Below the pieces are notes generated by a model that worked only from the letters and a program-made list of their open reading frames with translations, ran no database searches and was not told the DNA's origin. Below, one piece after another: positions 11,726-24,780 of a DNA stretch of 64,000 nt. The translations under genes and the position numbers were made by a program. This DNA is from Patellaria atrata CBS 101060 (Eukaryota): NCBI GenBank assembly GCA_010093705.1, contig MU006090.1, positions 1,515,817 through 1,579,816 on the forward strand, written 5' to 3'. Numbering within the stretch: the stretch's first letter is position 1; every line of letters begins with the position of its first letter.

Positions 11726-13660
11726 ATGGCGACACTTGTGGATGAGCTGTTGAATGATTTTGAGGACACAGGTTCTGAGGGTGGAGAGGATCATGAGGAA
11801 GAGCTCGGTCAAGATGGTATCAATGGCACACCGGCAACCTCGATAGGCGCAAATGGCAGCATGGAACTGGACAATGACGAGGAAGATGATAGCCATATGG
11901 ATGTGGATGAGGATATGGCTGACAGCAGTACCTCTAATAAAAAGGCTCAGGATGCTGAGACCGAGGAAGAAGCAAAGGCCCGTGTAGAGAAAATGCAGTT
12001 AGGCGGAGTCAGTGACGTTCGAAGCGTTGCGAAACTTATGAAAGAGTTAAAACCAGTTATGGAGGTAAGTCAAACCCTGAAGTCTCCTTTGTCAAGTGCT
12101 CGGAAGAACCTCGTTCACAACCTGCGAATTAGCCCTGACGTTTCACGTCGCCTACAGAAAATTGCCCACTACCAAAACCTACCGCCGGAGAAGCAAACGA
12201 AGAATGTTGGGTCGGTGGAGGATAATCCCGAGTATAAGCTGTTGACACAGTCCAATACCCTTTCGACATCCATCGATAGCGAAATCATCCTTGTGCACAA
12301 GTTCATTCGAGATCATTACTCAACACGCTTCCCGGAACTCGAAACGCTCGTGACCAATCCAGTCGACTATGCGAAAACCGTTGCGATCATCAAGAATGGA
12401 CCCATGGATAATATCAAAAGTATCTCACAATCAAGCGATAACATTGTCGGGATGCCGTTGAATAAGGTCCTAAGCGGTCCATCCATGATGGTTGTGACGG
12501 TAGAAGCTACTACTACGAAAGGAACGGAGCTGTCAGAGTCAGAACTACAGACTGTCCTCAGAGCCTGCGAGATGACTCTTCAGCTGGAGAAGGCCAAACA
12601 TATTCTTACCGACTATGTCAAATCACGAATGGACATCTTCGCACCTAACCTAACAGCCCTAATCGGCTCACTAACCGCAGCCCAACTCCTCAACTTCGCA
12701 GGCGGTCTAACGGGCCTAGCAAAAACCCCATCCTGCAACATCCCTCCCCTAGGCTCTAAAAAGCAATCCGGAACCGGCTTTGCCACCAACGTGGGCATCC
12801 GCCATCAGGGCTTCCTCTACCACTCCCCCATCGTCAAAGCCGTCCCCTCCGACCTCAAAAAGCAAGCCATGCGCATCGTCTCAGCGAAAGTCATCCTCGC
12901 CGCGCGCGTCGACCGCGTCCACAGCAGCCCCGACGGCTTCACCGGCCGCGAACTCGCCCGTCAGTGCGCCGAGCGCCTCGAGAAACTTACAGAACCACCG
13001 CCAAACAAAGGCGTCCGCGCACTCCCAGCCCCTGACGACAAACCCTCCAGAAAGCGTGGCGGAAGACGTGCACGCAAGGCCAAGGAGGCAACCGCCATGA
13101 CCGATCTCCGTAAACAGCAGAACCGCATGGCCTTCGGCAAGGAAGAGCAGGAAGTCGGCTACGGCACCGGCGACGGCACTAAGGGTCTTGGAATGGTCGG
13201 CCAGTCTGATAGCGGTCGCATTCGCGCTACCCAGGTTGATCAGCGCACGCGCGCTAAACTCAGCAAGAAACACCAAGGCTGGGGCGGCACCGCTTCCGTC
13301 GTCGGCGGTATGGCATCCTCCCTCCGCGGCTTCGGTCAGGGCATCGGCACTGCGTCCGTGCTCAAGGGCGCCGGGCTGCGCACAAGCGGTGTCGGCGGGG
13401 GAGCCAGTTTAGGCACTGCCAGTACGATCGCTTTCACGCCTGTGCAGGGACTCGAGTTGGTGGATCCGAAGGTCCAGCAGGAGTTGCAGAGGAAGAGGAA
13501 GGCAGATGAGGACAGGTGGTTTAGGAGTGGAACGTTTACCCAGGTGGGTGGGGGGGCGGCGAAGAAGGAGGAACCGAAGAAGGACGGGGATGGGTTCAAG
13601 GTGCCGAGTATCCCGGCGAGGAAGAAGGTCGATATGGGTGAGGGTAAGGGCAGTGCTTAA
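11726..13660 (+). CDS. PRP31: U4/U6.U5 tri-snRNP protein Prp31 (NOSIC/Nop domain), with a probable 93-nt intron at 12065-12157
   Basis: HKFIRDHYSTRFPELETLV, APNLTALIGSLTAAQL, LAARVD, KPSRKRGGRRARKAKE, RKQQNRMAFG and FTPVQGLEL motifs. Confidence 0.97.
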   Translation: MATLVDELLNDFEDTGSEGGEDHEEELGQDGINGTPATSIGANGSMELDNDEEDDSHMDVDEDMADSSTSNKKAQDAETEEEAKARVEKMQLGGVSDVRSVAKLMKELKPVMEVSQTLKSPLSSARKNLVHNLRISPDVSRRLQKIAHYQNLPPEKQTKNVGSVEDNPEYKLLTQSNTLSTSIDSEIILVHKFIRDHYSTRFPELETLVTNPVDYAKTVAIIKNGPMDNIKSISQSSDNIVGMPLNKVLSGPSMMVVTVEATTTKGTELSESELQTVLRACEMTLQLEKAKHILTDYVKSRMDIFAPNLTALIGSLTAAQLLNFAGGLTGLAKTPSCNIPPLGSKKQSGTGFATNVGIRHQGFLYHSPIVKAVPSDLKKQAMRIVSAKVILAARVDRVHSSPDGFTGRELARQCAERLEKLTEPPPNKGVRALPAPDDKPSRKRGGRRARKAKEATAMTDLRKQQNRMAFGKEEQEVGYGTGDGTKGLGMVGQSDSGRIRATQVDQRTRAKLSKKHQGWGGTASVVGGMASSLRGFGQGIGTASVLKGAGLRTSGVGGGASLGTASTIAFTPVQGLELVDPKVQQELQRKRKADEDRWFRSGTFTQVGGGAAKKEEPKKDGDGFKVPSIPARKKVDMGEGKGSA

Positions 13661-14779
13661 GGTACCTTGGTGTTGTATTTGTAGCATGCGTGGCGTTGGG
13701 GAAACTTCTCAGGGATGGGATCATTGCATTGCGTGGTGTTCCAAAGGTCATGAGATCAATCGGGATGGCTTTACGGAGATCTTTCTCTACGATTATATAG
13801 AATCCTCGGGTTATGGTACGCATTGCGGGCGTACACGGAACACTAATTCTCAATAAACATCCAGAGTATTAAATGCGCAACTATGAGAGCTTAATTTAAT
13901 GTTAGAGTCCAACCAATTTTGTATTGAGCCACTACCCGTGCAGAAGATCAGCCAGTCCGACTAGAATTATAATATAAAACCACAATGCCATAATGCTCCT
14001 GAATTCTCCCCAGACCTAGTTCAGCGGTAGAGATGTACGTCATCCCGAAACGCCGTACCACCTTCCCGGCCCTTAAAATCCGTACCGAGTACGGTAGTCC
14101 CAATACTCCTTTTTGTCCAGCTCAGACTCATGTACCTCCTCGTGCGGCCGCACCTGAATCTCTTGATCTTCATCCCCAGTCCTGCGCAAAAAGGTTAAGC
14201 TACCGCCAGTCCCAGTAAGTCGGAACCCGTTTAAAAGTTCTTCCAGGTGTTCAGGCTCAAATTTGGCCGATTTCTTCTAGGGGTAATATCAGTACATACG
14301 TCCTGGTGGTGGGAACGGTTGGGAAGAATCAAGCCCCAAAGAAGCGGAAGTAATCTAGAGCTGTACCATATGAGCGTGTACCCTTGCTCACCCGTCACGT
14401 ATTTAGGGGAAGCTCAGGGGAGTGGTGTACCACTGGGACAGGGGATGTTACGGCCACTGCCGGAGATACTCACCATAATCGACATCATGCCCTGGCTCAC
14501 GTCCAAGATCGAAGTCTTGCTCGGTCTCCGGTATAAAACGCATGTTTGGCATTCGTGATTGAGCTTTACGAGCCAACCAGCGCCTCGTCTTCCATTCGCT
14601 AAGTGAAATCTTTTTACCTTTAGGGACCTGATATCACCGGCTACATGTCAGCCGTAATCATGGGTCTCGCATCGGAAGACTTTACAAGTCAAAAAACAAC
14701 CGGGCTCTGCAGGGTGGAAACGAGGAACGGGAAAGATCTGGGAACGATGATTGGTTGAGGAGGTGGCGGCGAGGATTGG

Positions 14780-16336
14780 TCAGGCAAGAGCGGGACTGAC
14801 CTTGGAACTGGTCTCGGGCGGTTTGACGGTTTCAACAAAGTTGTCGTCTTCGACGTGAACTTCTTTGTCGCGTATCTTGCGCATCAGACCGAGGAACTGG
14901 CTTTCCTGGAATTTTTTGCTGGTATTGTCGGCTACGCTATCGAGTAACCTTGCAGCAGTGTCGGCGAGTTCGTCGTGATTGACACTTTGATCTTGTTGGT
15001 TCCCTTCTGGCTGTGATTCTTGATGTCCTTCCTCAAAAAGATTCCTGTTTGCTGGACGGAAATCGATTGTCGTAAGTTGGTTTTTTTGAGTAAACTCTTC
15101 CGCCATAGAACGTATTAGCGCTGCGACTTGGGTATCAGTTTGTGGATAAAGAATATCAGACACACTTTGATTGGAATCCAAAGACAGTTCAAACTCAGTG
15201 GTTTCGAACTTTGCGTAGAGCTTAGGCCAATCCTGTTGAACACGATGCAAGAGCTGATCGATACCATCCTTCATCTCCGGTTCCCTCGACCTTAACTCTT
15301 TGGGGTAAACACACATTTCTGGAACCTTCGAAAGGAACACAAGACCGGTGGCAGCATCTGCTTCGGGTCGATCTAACTCTCCAATCTGTTCCAGATACTC
15401 TAGCTGATTCAACAAAGATTCAGCATAAACGAATGTCTCTCCAGACATTACGATGCCATTTGACCAATCTTCGGCTAAGCCACGTGATAGTTGTAGACGC
15501 AAGATATCAGTGAGAGACTTGGCGAGCTGATATTCTGCATTCATCGCTTCCAATGAAGCTTCGCTGCTGCGAGCATGTTCTTCCAGAGTTTGATTAACTG
15601 ATAGTTTTGAAGTCTCTTTAGCTAGTATATTAGCGCTCGCCTGCTCGAAAGCTCGCTCAAATGCTGCGTCATCGAATTCCTGGACGGGAGATTGCTGACG
15701 TTGCTTTCCCCGCGCTGTGACCGACATATCCTGTTGAGCAAATGCGCCCATCGGATTTTGTTGTTGTAAGCGGGTGATGAAATTTTGCGTCCCACGTAGG
15801 GACGAGTAAACAGGTGTCTGTGAATGCATGGAGGGAGTAGGTATCTGACTCTGCAGAAAGTCTTGGTGCCATGTTGGGTTATGCCGCAAAGCGGGTTGCG
15901 GGGAGAAGGTTTGAGGACGAGCAGGTTGCGGAGGGAATGACTGAGGTAGTGAAGTTTGCGGAAATTGGTGAAGTGCTTGAAAGTCTGACGCCCATCCCGA
16001 GAGGGCAGGAGGTGCTGCGGTAGATTTGGGCGGTGGTCTGAAAGCTGGAGGTGTTTGGAAAAGTTGTAGTTCAGGTTGTGGAGGACCAGAAGAGAACCCC
16101 GCTTGGAAAGCTTCGAAGTGAGGATCTAAGACGCCTGCACTGGGGCCTGGCTCAGATCGAAAGCCCTAGGTAAGTTAGTATCTGATTCGACTGCCAGCTT
16201 GCCAAGTTACATATATACATACCTGCGAGGGGGCCTGTCGTGAGGAGAAACGATCTTGTTGAAGAGCTCTATCAACGGAGGTCTGCTTCCGAAAGCTTTG
16301 TAGAGCATTTGAGGGTCCGCAGAGATCGTCCGCCAT
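14780..16336 (-). CDS. PEX20: PTS2 co-receptor peroxin Pex20 (Pex18/20/21 family); exon 1 16336-16223, exon 2 from 16165; 3' end uncertain (may splice on to 14329)
   Basis: N-terminus MADDLCGPSNALQSFRKQTSVDRALQQDR with the conserved Cys; WxxxF motifs (WASDF, WHQDF); C-terminal Pex7-binding-type segment KFQESQFLGLMRKIRDKEVHVE. Confidence 0.85.
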
Positions 16337-16606
16337 GGCTCTTCGATGAAATGCGTTGTTATAGAAGAACTATTAGGAGACAAATTTCTTCACGCGAGAA
16401 GATTGTAAACATTCGCCGCTGTTTACTCCAGGTCGTGATGTAAGCATCTTGTGAAAACCTCGGACCGACCTCGGTTGTGAAAAAGACCGAAGCATTCAAC
16501 CCATATTTCCGCTTTGAGGTTTCGCCGATGAGTCTTGGCACACTGGTCGGGGAGCAAGGACACATGGGCAGAGCCGCAATGCTAGATTGATGCCGCATAC
16601 ACAATT

Positions 16607-18001
16607 ATGGTGAGTATATTAGAATTCTCAAATAACCTCCTGAATTACTTACTGACGGTCTATTAGGCTCAGGTAATCTCTAACTCGGGTCACGATGACA
16701 TGATAGTACGCATTTTACCCCTTCCTCATCTACCAACCCTGAAAATATCCAATTCGAAGCTCGATATCAACCAAAATCATATGAGATGGGGCTGACTTAT
16801 GCTTCTCATAGCATGATGCCGTCTTAGATTATTACGGACGGCGACTAGCAACATGCTCGTCAGACAAGACGATAAAGATCTTTGAGGTAGAGGGTGATCA
16901 ACATAGGTTAACGGAGACCCTGAAAGGGTGAGTATTCTTAAAGAACACTCAGCATAGTATTCCAAGACGAGATGCTGACAGTCATATCTTCTAGTCATGA
17001 TGGACCAGTCTGGTGTGTCTCATGGGTCAGTTGAAGTCCTAACCGTACCACAAACCGAGCGTCGAGCTGATATACCACCAGGCGCATCCCAAATACGGCA
17101 ACATCCTCGCTTCGTCCAGCTATGATGGCAAGGTATTCATATGGCGGGAGCAAAACAATCAATGGTACGTGAATACGATCCCAAAACGAATGCCCCTGGA
17201 AACCTTCAGACCTCAGACCCCAAAACCACGAAACCCACAATGAAGCTAAAAGCCCCTCCCTTCCCGCAGGCAAAGAATCTACACCTACGACGCGCACTCC
17301 GCCTCCGTAAACCTGCTCTCCTGGTCCCCGCACGAAAGCGGCTGCCTCCTCGCAACCGCTAGCTCCGACGGCCGCGTCTCCGTCCTCTCCTTCGACAACA
17401 ATGCCTGGACCTCCCTGATCTTTCCCGCCCACGCCATCGGCGCCTTCGCCGTGAGCTGGGCGCCCGCAATCGTGCCCGGCTCCGCCACGAGCGCCGCAAC
17501 ATCCCAAGCGCCCGCAGCAGTCCAACGATTTGTCTCTGGTGGCGGCGACTGCCTGGTCAAGATCTGGGAGTGGAATAAGGACGTGGGGAATTATGCCTGC
17601 ACGAAGGAGTTGACGGGCCATGGCGATTGGGTCAGGGATGTCGCGTGGAGCCCCAGCGTATTGGCGAAGAGTTATATCGCTAGCGCGAGTCAGGATAAGA
17701 CGGTTAGGATTTGGACGAGTGCGAATGTTGCTGCTGGTGAGTCTCATTTGTCTGGCCCCTTCATTCCTGTCTTTTTCTTTTGTCTCCTCTCCCCCTTTCT
17801 TGGTAGATATGTGGAAGAAACCTCTTAACGCTCCTAGGTGACTGGCAATGCGCAACCCTCTCCTTTGACGCCAACGCCTGGCGTGTCTCCTGGTCGCTAA
17901 GCGGCAACGTCCTCGCCGTCTCAACCGGCGACAACAGAGTCAGCCTCTGGAAGGAGAAGCTAAGTGGGGGCTGGGAGTGCGTTAAGACGATCGAGGAGTA
18001 G
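16607..18001 (+). CDS. SEC13: Sec13 WD40 protein (COPII/Nup84/SEA complexes), 7 exons, first coding exon is ATG only
   Basis: [38 protein letters not shown]...[20 protein letters not shown]...[13 protein letters not shown]...[19 protein letters not shown]. Six GT-AG introns. Confidence 0.97.
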
Positions 18002-18325
18002 GATGGTTCTCATGTTTGGGGTCGAAGTGTCACAGTTCAGCGGGTAAACAGTAACAGAAATAATAAAAACGCAATGAAGCTAAAGTTCCTGAAGTGAAGC
18101 GCTTGACAGATCCTCAAGAGTCGTTCAGAGCGTTGTGGAAATTGTATAACATCACAGAAATGACCAGACGGTATCACTGAGTTCACATGACTTCAATTGA
18201 TTATATACAGAGAAGAAGTAATACCCGAAGACGGAAGCATCAGCCTTCAATTTAGTCCCCGATACATCTCACCCCGTCAGACCTATACACCCAGACTTCC
18301 ACCATTTCAATTCAGATACTTTTTT

Positions 18326-20045
18326 CTAACCGAAAAGGGCATCGCCTAATCTGATGCTGACCGTCTTAGTCTGAGTATAATTATCCAACGCCGCCTCACC
18401 AAGTTCACGACCGATACCCGATTCCTTGAAGCCACCGAACGGGAGCTGGTGATGTAGGGTATTGTACGTGTTCACCCAGACGGTTCCAGCGCGCAGGGCA
18501 TGTGAGACCTCGATGGCAGTGTTGAGGTTGCTGGTGTGGACGGCGGCGGCGAGACCATAGGTGGTGTTGTTTCCGACTTTGATGGCGTCTTCTTTGGTCT
18601 TGAATTTGCTGATGCTGCAGACAGGGCCGAAGATCTCCTCTTGCGAGATCTTCATGTCCTCTGTGACGCCGCTGAAAATGGTGGGTTCGATGAAAAATCC
18701 TCTGTCGCCTTTGCGCTTGCCGCCGACCTCGAGCTTGGCACCTTCTTCGGTGCCGTGTTTGATGTAGCCCATGATGCGGTCGAACTGGAGTTGTGATATC
18801 TTTAAAAGATTAGCCTTGTTGAACTGAGGTTGAGATGATGGAAGCAACAAACCTGTGGGCCTTGGAACGTGTCCGCTTGGAATGGATCGTCGACCTTGTT
18901 CTTCAATGCCCGCTCCTTGAAGCGCTCGATGAACTTGTCGTAGATGCCCTCTTGGACGTAGATTCTCGAACCGGCACAGCAGCACTGGCCGTGGTTGAAG
19001 AAGATGCCGAAGTTGACCCATGATATGGCGTTGTCGATATCCGCATCGTCAAAGACGATGTTCGGGCTCTTACCACCTAGTTCGAGGGTGACCTTCTTCA
19101 AGTTGGAGCTAGCGGCAGCCTTCATGATCTGGCGGCCGACGAGGGTTGAGCCGGTGAAGGCGACCTTGTCGATGTTCATGTGGGAGGCAATGGCGGCACC
19201 TGCGATCTTACCGAAGCCGGAGATGACGTTGATGACACCGGGAGGGAAACCAGCCTCCTTGATGAGTTTTGCAGCATAGAGGGCAGAGAGTGGAGTCTGT
19301 TCGGCGGTCTTGATGACGACAGTGTTACCGGCAGCGACAGCAGGGCCGATCTTCCACGCCCACATAAGTATTGGGAAGTTCCATGGGATAATTTGACCGC
19401 AGACACCGATCTGGATGTTGTTAGATGCTCATCGTTAGATTAAGGTTTTGGGTCAGACGAACTGGTTCCTTCCTGATATAGTTGAAGGTGTCAGGGGTAG
19501 TATCGACGACCTTACCCTCGATCTTATCTGCCCAACCCCCATAATACCTCAAGCAGCCAGCGGCCATCCCAACGTCACCCTTGGCCATGGTTATAGCTTT
19601 GCCATTGTCTAAGGATTCGATGGCTGCTAATGTGTCGATATCTCGCTCGAAGAGATCCGCAAGCTTTACTAAGAGTCTGCCCCTATTCTCAGGTGTCTCC
19701 GTTCTCCACGAACCTTCAAAAGCTTTGCGAGCTGCTGAGACGGCGAGATCGACGTCCTTTTCAGTGGCTTCGTGGACGGAGGTTATTACGGATTCGTCAG
19801 TGGGGTTGATGACCTCGAAGGTCTTCTTGTCTACACCCTCGACGAACTCATTGTTGATGAAGCTATATGAATTGATTAGCAACAGTGAATGAGAAATGTT
19901 TGAGACAGCTAAGATGATTCGCCACAATCGGGAAGCAGGTCCTCTTAAAGAAGGGTGTGAGCAAAGAAGGATGCGGGGGTGCTCACAGTCCAGTTGGTTG
20001 ATGATAGTCACCGGTGTGAGGTGTCTTAAGCGTGGTTGCAACCAT
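18326..20045 (-). CDS. aldA: NAD(P)+-dependent aldehyde dehydrogenase (ALDH1/2 class, AldA-like), 4 exons
   Basis: [45 protein letters not shown] (catalytic Glu), [12 protein letters not shown] (catalytic Cys), EEIFGP and PFGGFKESG motifs. Confidence 0.93.
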
Positions 20046-21510
20046 GATGGGTATAATGTAAAATTTCTAATCAATTACTCAAGTTTCTGAAGAGAGGAAG
20101 TAAAAGGAGGAGATCAATGATGTAGAGATGCGGGCAGCTCCTATAGCTTTATAGAGTACGGCAAGAGCATTCTACCCCACCCCTGACGTGGATAACGGCG
20201 GCCATGACTAGGCTCGGAAGAACAATTGTAACAGTACAGTACATATGTGTCGCCGTCGCGAGCCATCAATAACACCATCAAACACCCTGGAAGGGATTCC
20301 TTTACATCTAGGGAGTACTGTATGGTGGATTGCTACTGGTTGGTATGGAAACTGATGGCTTCGGGGTGTCGGGGTTTGATGCCAGTGATCGTTTTGAGGG
20401 GTCGATCTGACGTTCTAGTCGGCGGGGTAGAAGGTCCACATGCATGAAAAACAGTTAGATAGACATCATAATGGCAACATAAGAAACCGATAGTCTCCAA
20501 TTCGCATGCACAGCGCCACTCCACCGGCTCTCGTCCGGGTAGATCAAACGGGAAAGGCGTGAAAAGCTCTGTGAACACCTGAGAGAGGAATTAATGAAGT
20601 TCAAGATGGCAGGTAGGTAGTGGGGGTATCGCCGCAAAGAGAAAAATCCTTTTTTACTATTGTACACATGGCCGTCGATCAAATAGAAGGTACCATCCTG
20701 GTAATATTTGTCACATCTAACCTTGTATAGTAATCAAGATATCAAGCCTTAAGCTTAAGGGAACTGGACACCCGTGGCAATTCTTCGGAGTTATCACTGA
20801 CTTACCCATCTTAACCTCGAGAAAACTCCCTACATCCTCGGAGCTAGGACGAGTTTCTAAACATCGGAGTTACCTTCCATTAGTTACTAAACATTATGCG
20901 TTTTCCACCCTGATAGGTAACTCTAAGGTAACTTTAAGGCCTCACATTCCTTTCGAGCGAGACAAACGTACCGTTTACCGCTTTTACGCCATCTCCATCC
21001 TTCTGCTTTAACGGTTGTACTGTACGATAAGGTCCCATAAAGCGCACGGCCTAAACAACTGCAAGGCGAGCCACAAGGTAGCGATATTTACAGAACCTTT
21101 GACCCGGTCAGGCCACCTCCCACGTTTCCAGACGCACAGACGGAGCTAGGTAATACGTCCTTCCAACCGTAGAATACGGTACTAGCACCCCACAAAGCTT
21201 GTAAGCATTCCGCTAGCACAGGGCAGTTCCTAAGTGAAGCCTGGATCAGAGGATGCCATGCACCAGGTACACATCTGAAGTCTTTCGAGGCCGGAAACAT
21301 CTTTGATTAACGTGTCCTATGAAAGTCAATCCTGTAAAGGACCAATGGTCTTACATGCAACGGGATGAATGAAGCTTGACATTTTGGCTCATATTGTCGT
21401 ATATCAATAGTTTATGATTGATAAAGTACTGTGAAGCCCTCTGAACAATACTAGTTGCATTTCTGCCATGACTCTAATCCACTAGAGAGGTCCATTCTCT
21501 TCTATCTTAC

Positions 21511-22556
21511 CTACCACTTCTCAACCCACGGCCTAATATCAATCTCTTGCGTGAACGTGGACCGAGGCTGTGTATGTAGATGCCAGTACGAGTCCGCGAT
21601 CTTTATGCAAGTTAGTAATATTCGATCTATGATTCACAAAATGGCGTTGAGTGTGAACTCGAAGAACGTACCGCATCAGGATTGATCTTAGCATCAGGAC
21701 CGGCATCTTTAAGCCACTCCTTCGTTTTTGGGATATCAATCACCCCATCGATGATCGCATGTGCAACATGTACACCTTTTGGATAGAACTCCCTCGCTAG
21801 GGATTGCGATAGGGCGCGCAAAGCAAATTTGCCGTTGGCGAAAGAAGAGAACTGTGGAGATCCCTTAACAGAGGCCGTTGCGCCCGTAAATATAAGCGTA
21901 GGCGGATGATTTGGGTTTCGCTCTGTGGACTTGAGAAGTAACGGGAGCGTCGCCTGAGAGAAAAGGAAAGCACCCTTGCTGTTGTAGAAAGTACATGTCA
22001 ATCGAATATTCCTAGTTCCAAGGGAACCCCCCTTGGTTGGTATTCATGGCTAACTGTACGCTCACCCAAAAGAGCTTTCGAGTTGTAGTGTACAGACGCG
22101 TAGAATATTGTTGCGGGAAAGTTTCAACGGTATGTCAATGCCTGTACAACGGATGTACAGTACTCGAAAAATGTCCACCTTAACAAATTAAAAATGAAAT
22201 TGGGCTTACCCAGCCACTACATATTCAGACAGGTACTCTTCTTCCGTCAACTCCAGAAATGGTTTCTTCAAAAATTTTCCGCTCGCATTAAAGACCGCGG
22301 CAGCGAGTCCAACATCATTTCCGAACTCTTCCTTGATTTTTCCAAAGGCCGACTGCACACTCGAAGCGCTCGAGATATCTGTGCTGATGCCAATGGCTTT
22401 CCCACCCCTTTCATTGATCTCTGAAACCAAGCTCTTGAAGTTGTCTGGATTCCGTGCAAGAAGAACAATGGGATATTTGGCTGCAAATCTCCTCGCGATT
22501 GCAGCACCTGTGCCTGGTCCTACGCCGGCTACGACGGCTACGAGTTTAGAGGCCAT
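21511..22556 (-). CDS. Short-chain dehydrogenase/reductase, 3 exons
   Basis: VAGVGPGTG nucleotide-binding loop, VFNAS, IFTGATASVKG, FANGKFALRALSQSLARE, HVAHAIIDGVID; ends IDIRPWVEKW*. Confidence 0.9.
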
Positions 22557-23829
22557 TGTTGATCAGTGATCGGATGATACTCAAGGTTGAGAAATAAAAG
22601 CAAAATTATTTAATGAGACGAGAGATGAGTGCTTGAGAATGCCTGATTTACATAAATAATCTGAACCACTCATTAAGATAGAGAGCTTTTATAACTCTTT
22701 GAAACCAATCAGAAGGACATCCATGGCAGTTGTTGATTTGTAACCCTCGTAGAGCGGCATTGACGCGAACCGACGCTCTCGAGCATTGCATCATCATTGC
22801 TTAGTTTGTTGCGATTTGGAAATGCGCACATTTGTTCCTAATATTGATAATCACGACAAGCTTCGTGAGTTTGTTGTTGCCTAAATGTACGCAGCAGTGC
22901 ATTTGTATCTCTTTCAGATGGGTAGACCTAAAGGATGAGAGTCGGAATGCACTTTAGGTAGGGTTAAGGCAACTAGCATCACGTGGCGGATGTCATACGT
23001 GCTAATCAACCAGAAGTTAGAATAGTAGTGTATTTGCAGTACAACACATTGGGGAGTTTATTGATAATCATATTCAGTAAGTAGCCTTGTAGCGGAGTTA
23101 AGTATGGCATGTCCTTGGTTTGGTTCAGCGCTGTCACCCTGTTCAATGGATACAACAGCATCCTTTACATCCCTAGACTCGCCGAGATAGATACCCGCTT
23201 AGCATAGAAAAATCGAACTATCCCGCTCAAATTAAAGACTTCTGCGGAAAGGTTTCTAGAGAATGCTTCATATAAATGAGCGGGTGCTTGAATGAGGAAA
23301 GTAACGTTCATGAAAGTATGGATATCCAGATTGATGTCCAGATCCTAAATTATTTTATTGCTAATCACGGTATGTATCTCACCATCAAACCTCCTTCTTC
23401 ATAGAAGCCGAAACCTCTCAGAGCAGATCTGCGGGCGAGCGGACTCATAGAGCCAAGATTTTTTTTGTTCTTCGCTAGTCGTATAGCTGCATACAACCAT
23501 GGAAAAGGCTGACGAGTAGATAATCTAGCGTTTGCGTACATATTCCATAGGCGTCGAAATTGAATCTGACGTCTGGAACATATATGAATCGCACCGGGGA
23601 GTCCGAACGAATCCGGATAACGGTAGGGTAAAGGAGGGAAGGAAATGTCTGAAAAACTTCCCTAATATCGATTTAAACGCACTAGAATCATAGCATGATA
23701 GGCACGGATGTGAAGTATTGGATGTATTTATTTTCTCTTCCAGGATGTACAGCAGTGTCTACGCCTACCCGAATTCCTAGGCTCACAAAGCCATAATATG
23801 TCGTCAAACCATGGATTTAATCGAAATCT

Positions 23830-24379
23830 CTACTCCCTCTTGTGCTTTTTCGCATTCAATTCCCGTCCTTGTGAAATCCTCTCCAAGATGTTCTCCCGGT
23901 CCTTGTCGAGCTTTAATTTTGTGATGGTGACTTTGGATGGAGCTATACCGATAGGGACCGACTGGCCGTTTGACTTCTCGCGGGTGACTCTCTCGACGTG
24001 GACGATGTATTTGAGACGGTAGACAGATGTGATTTTGCCTTCACGACCCTTATTCGAACCGCGGGTAATGATGACTTCGTCGTCCTTACGCAGAGGAATG
24101 GCGCGGACCTGTCTCAATGCCTCAGCAACTAGCTCATATTTACCGTCATACCTAGTCTGGCCTCATTATGGCCGTGAAATCTTCGGGTACGTACGTTGTG
24201 CTTTTCACGGAGCTCTTTGCTAAGGGGGGCGCTCATGATGGTTCGGCGAACGCTAGACGGGGCGCCGAAGTGCGCCTTGCGCGCCTTCCTCCGCGAGGAG
24301 TTGAGAGCTAAAGGAGTATAAATGAGCATCGTAATCATAATATGGTATATCTAGACTTACAGGTGTTAATCTTCGTCAT
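23830..24379 (-). CDS. RPL26: 60S ribosomal protein L26 (uL24), 3 exons
   Basis: [47 protein letters not shown]...[14 protein letters not shown]...KLKLDKDR. Confidence 0.98.
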
Positions 24380-24460
24380 CGCGAGAAATTTGCCAATGGG
24401 GATCTCGTCGATTTGCTCTTGAAGTCGCGAGCAATTTCGTAGTCGTGGGAGTTGAGGCGC

Positions 24461-24467
24461 TAGGGCT
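24461..24467 (-). promoter_or_regulatory. AGCCCTA motif about 80 bp upstream of the RPL26 ATG (ribosomal-protein promoter-type element)
   Basis: TAGGGCT on the + strand at 24461-24467. It matches the (A)GCCCTA element described for ascomycete ribosomal protein promoters, but is a short single site. Confidence 0.45.
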
Positions 24468-24780
24468 CTTCGCTTGACGGAGCCGGTAAAATAGAATATC
24501 CGAAATTTCTTGGCACCTTCAACATCGCGACTTGACCGCGCGACGATTCCTAGCTACCTTTCTACAAAATCAAACCTCTCACAAATGGTGACGAATATTT
24601 TCATGGCTCACCGCGCTGAAGATTGGTTTAAGTAATTTTTTTTTAAGTTCTACGCGCCATGTTTTTCGAGCTTACAGATTATCTCTTGTAGATATCGATT
24701 CAAGTGGAATCCATTCACACACCGAAAATGAATGGTGACATAATCTCTTGGTGCAATAGTACGGAAGTCAGAATTCGATC

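Noticed and set aside
16995..17924. 309-aa minus-strand ORF
   Set aside because: It is the antisense shadow of the GC-rich SEC13 exons and has no recognisable motifs.
6570..22556. Possible metabolic cluster (2-hydroxyacid dehydrogenase, ALDH, SDR)
   Set aside because: The genes are interleaved with unrelated housekeeping genes, and there is no backbone enzyme, transporter or cluster regulator.
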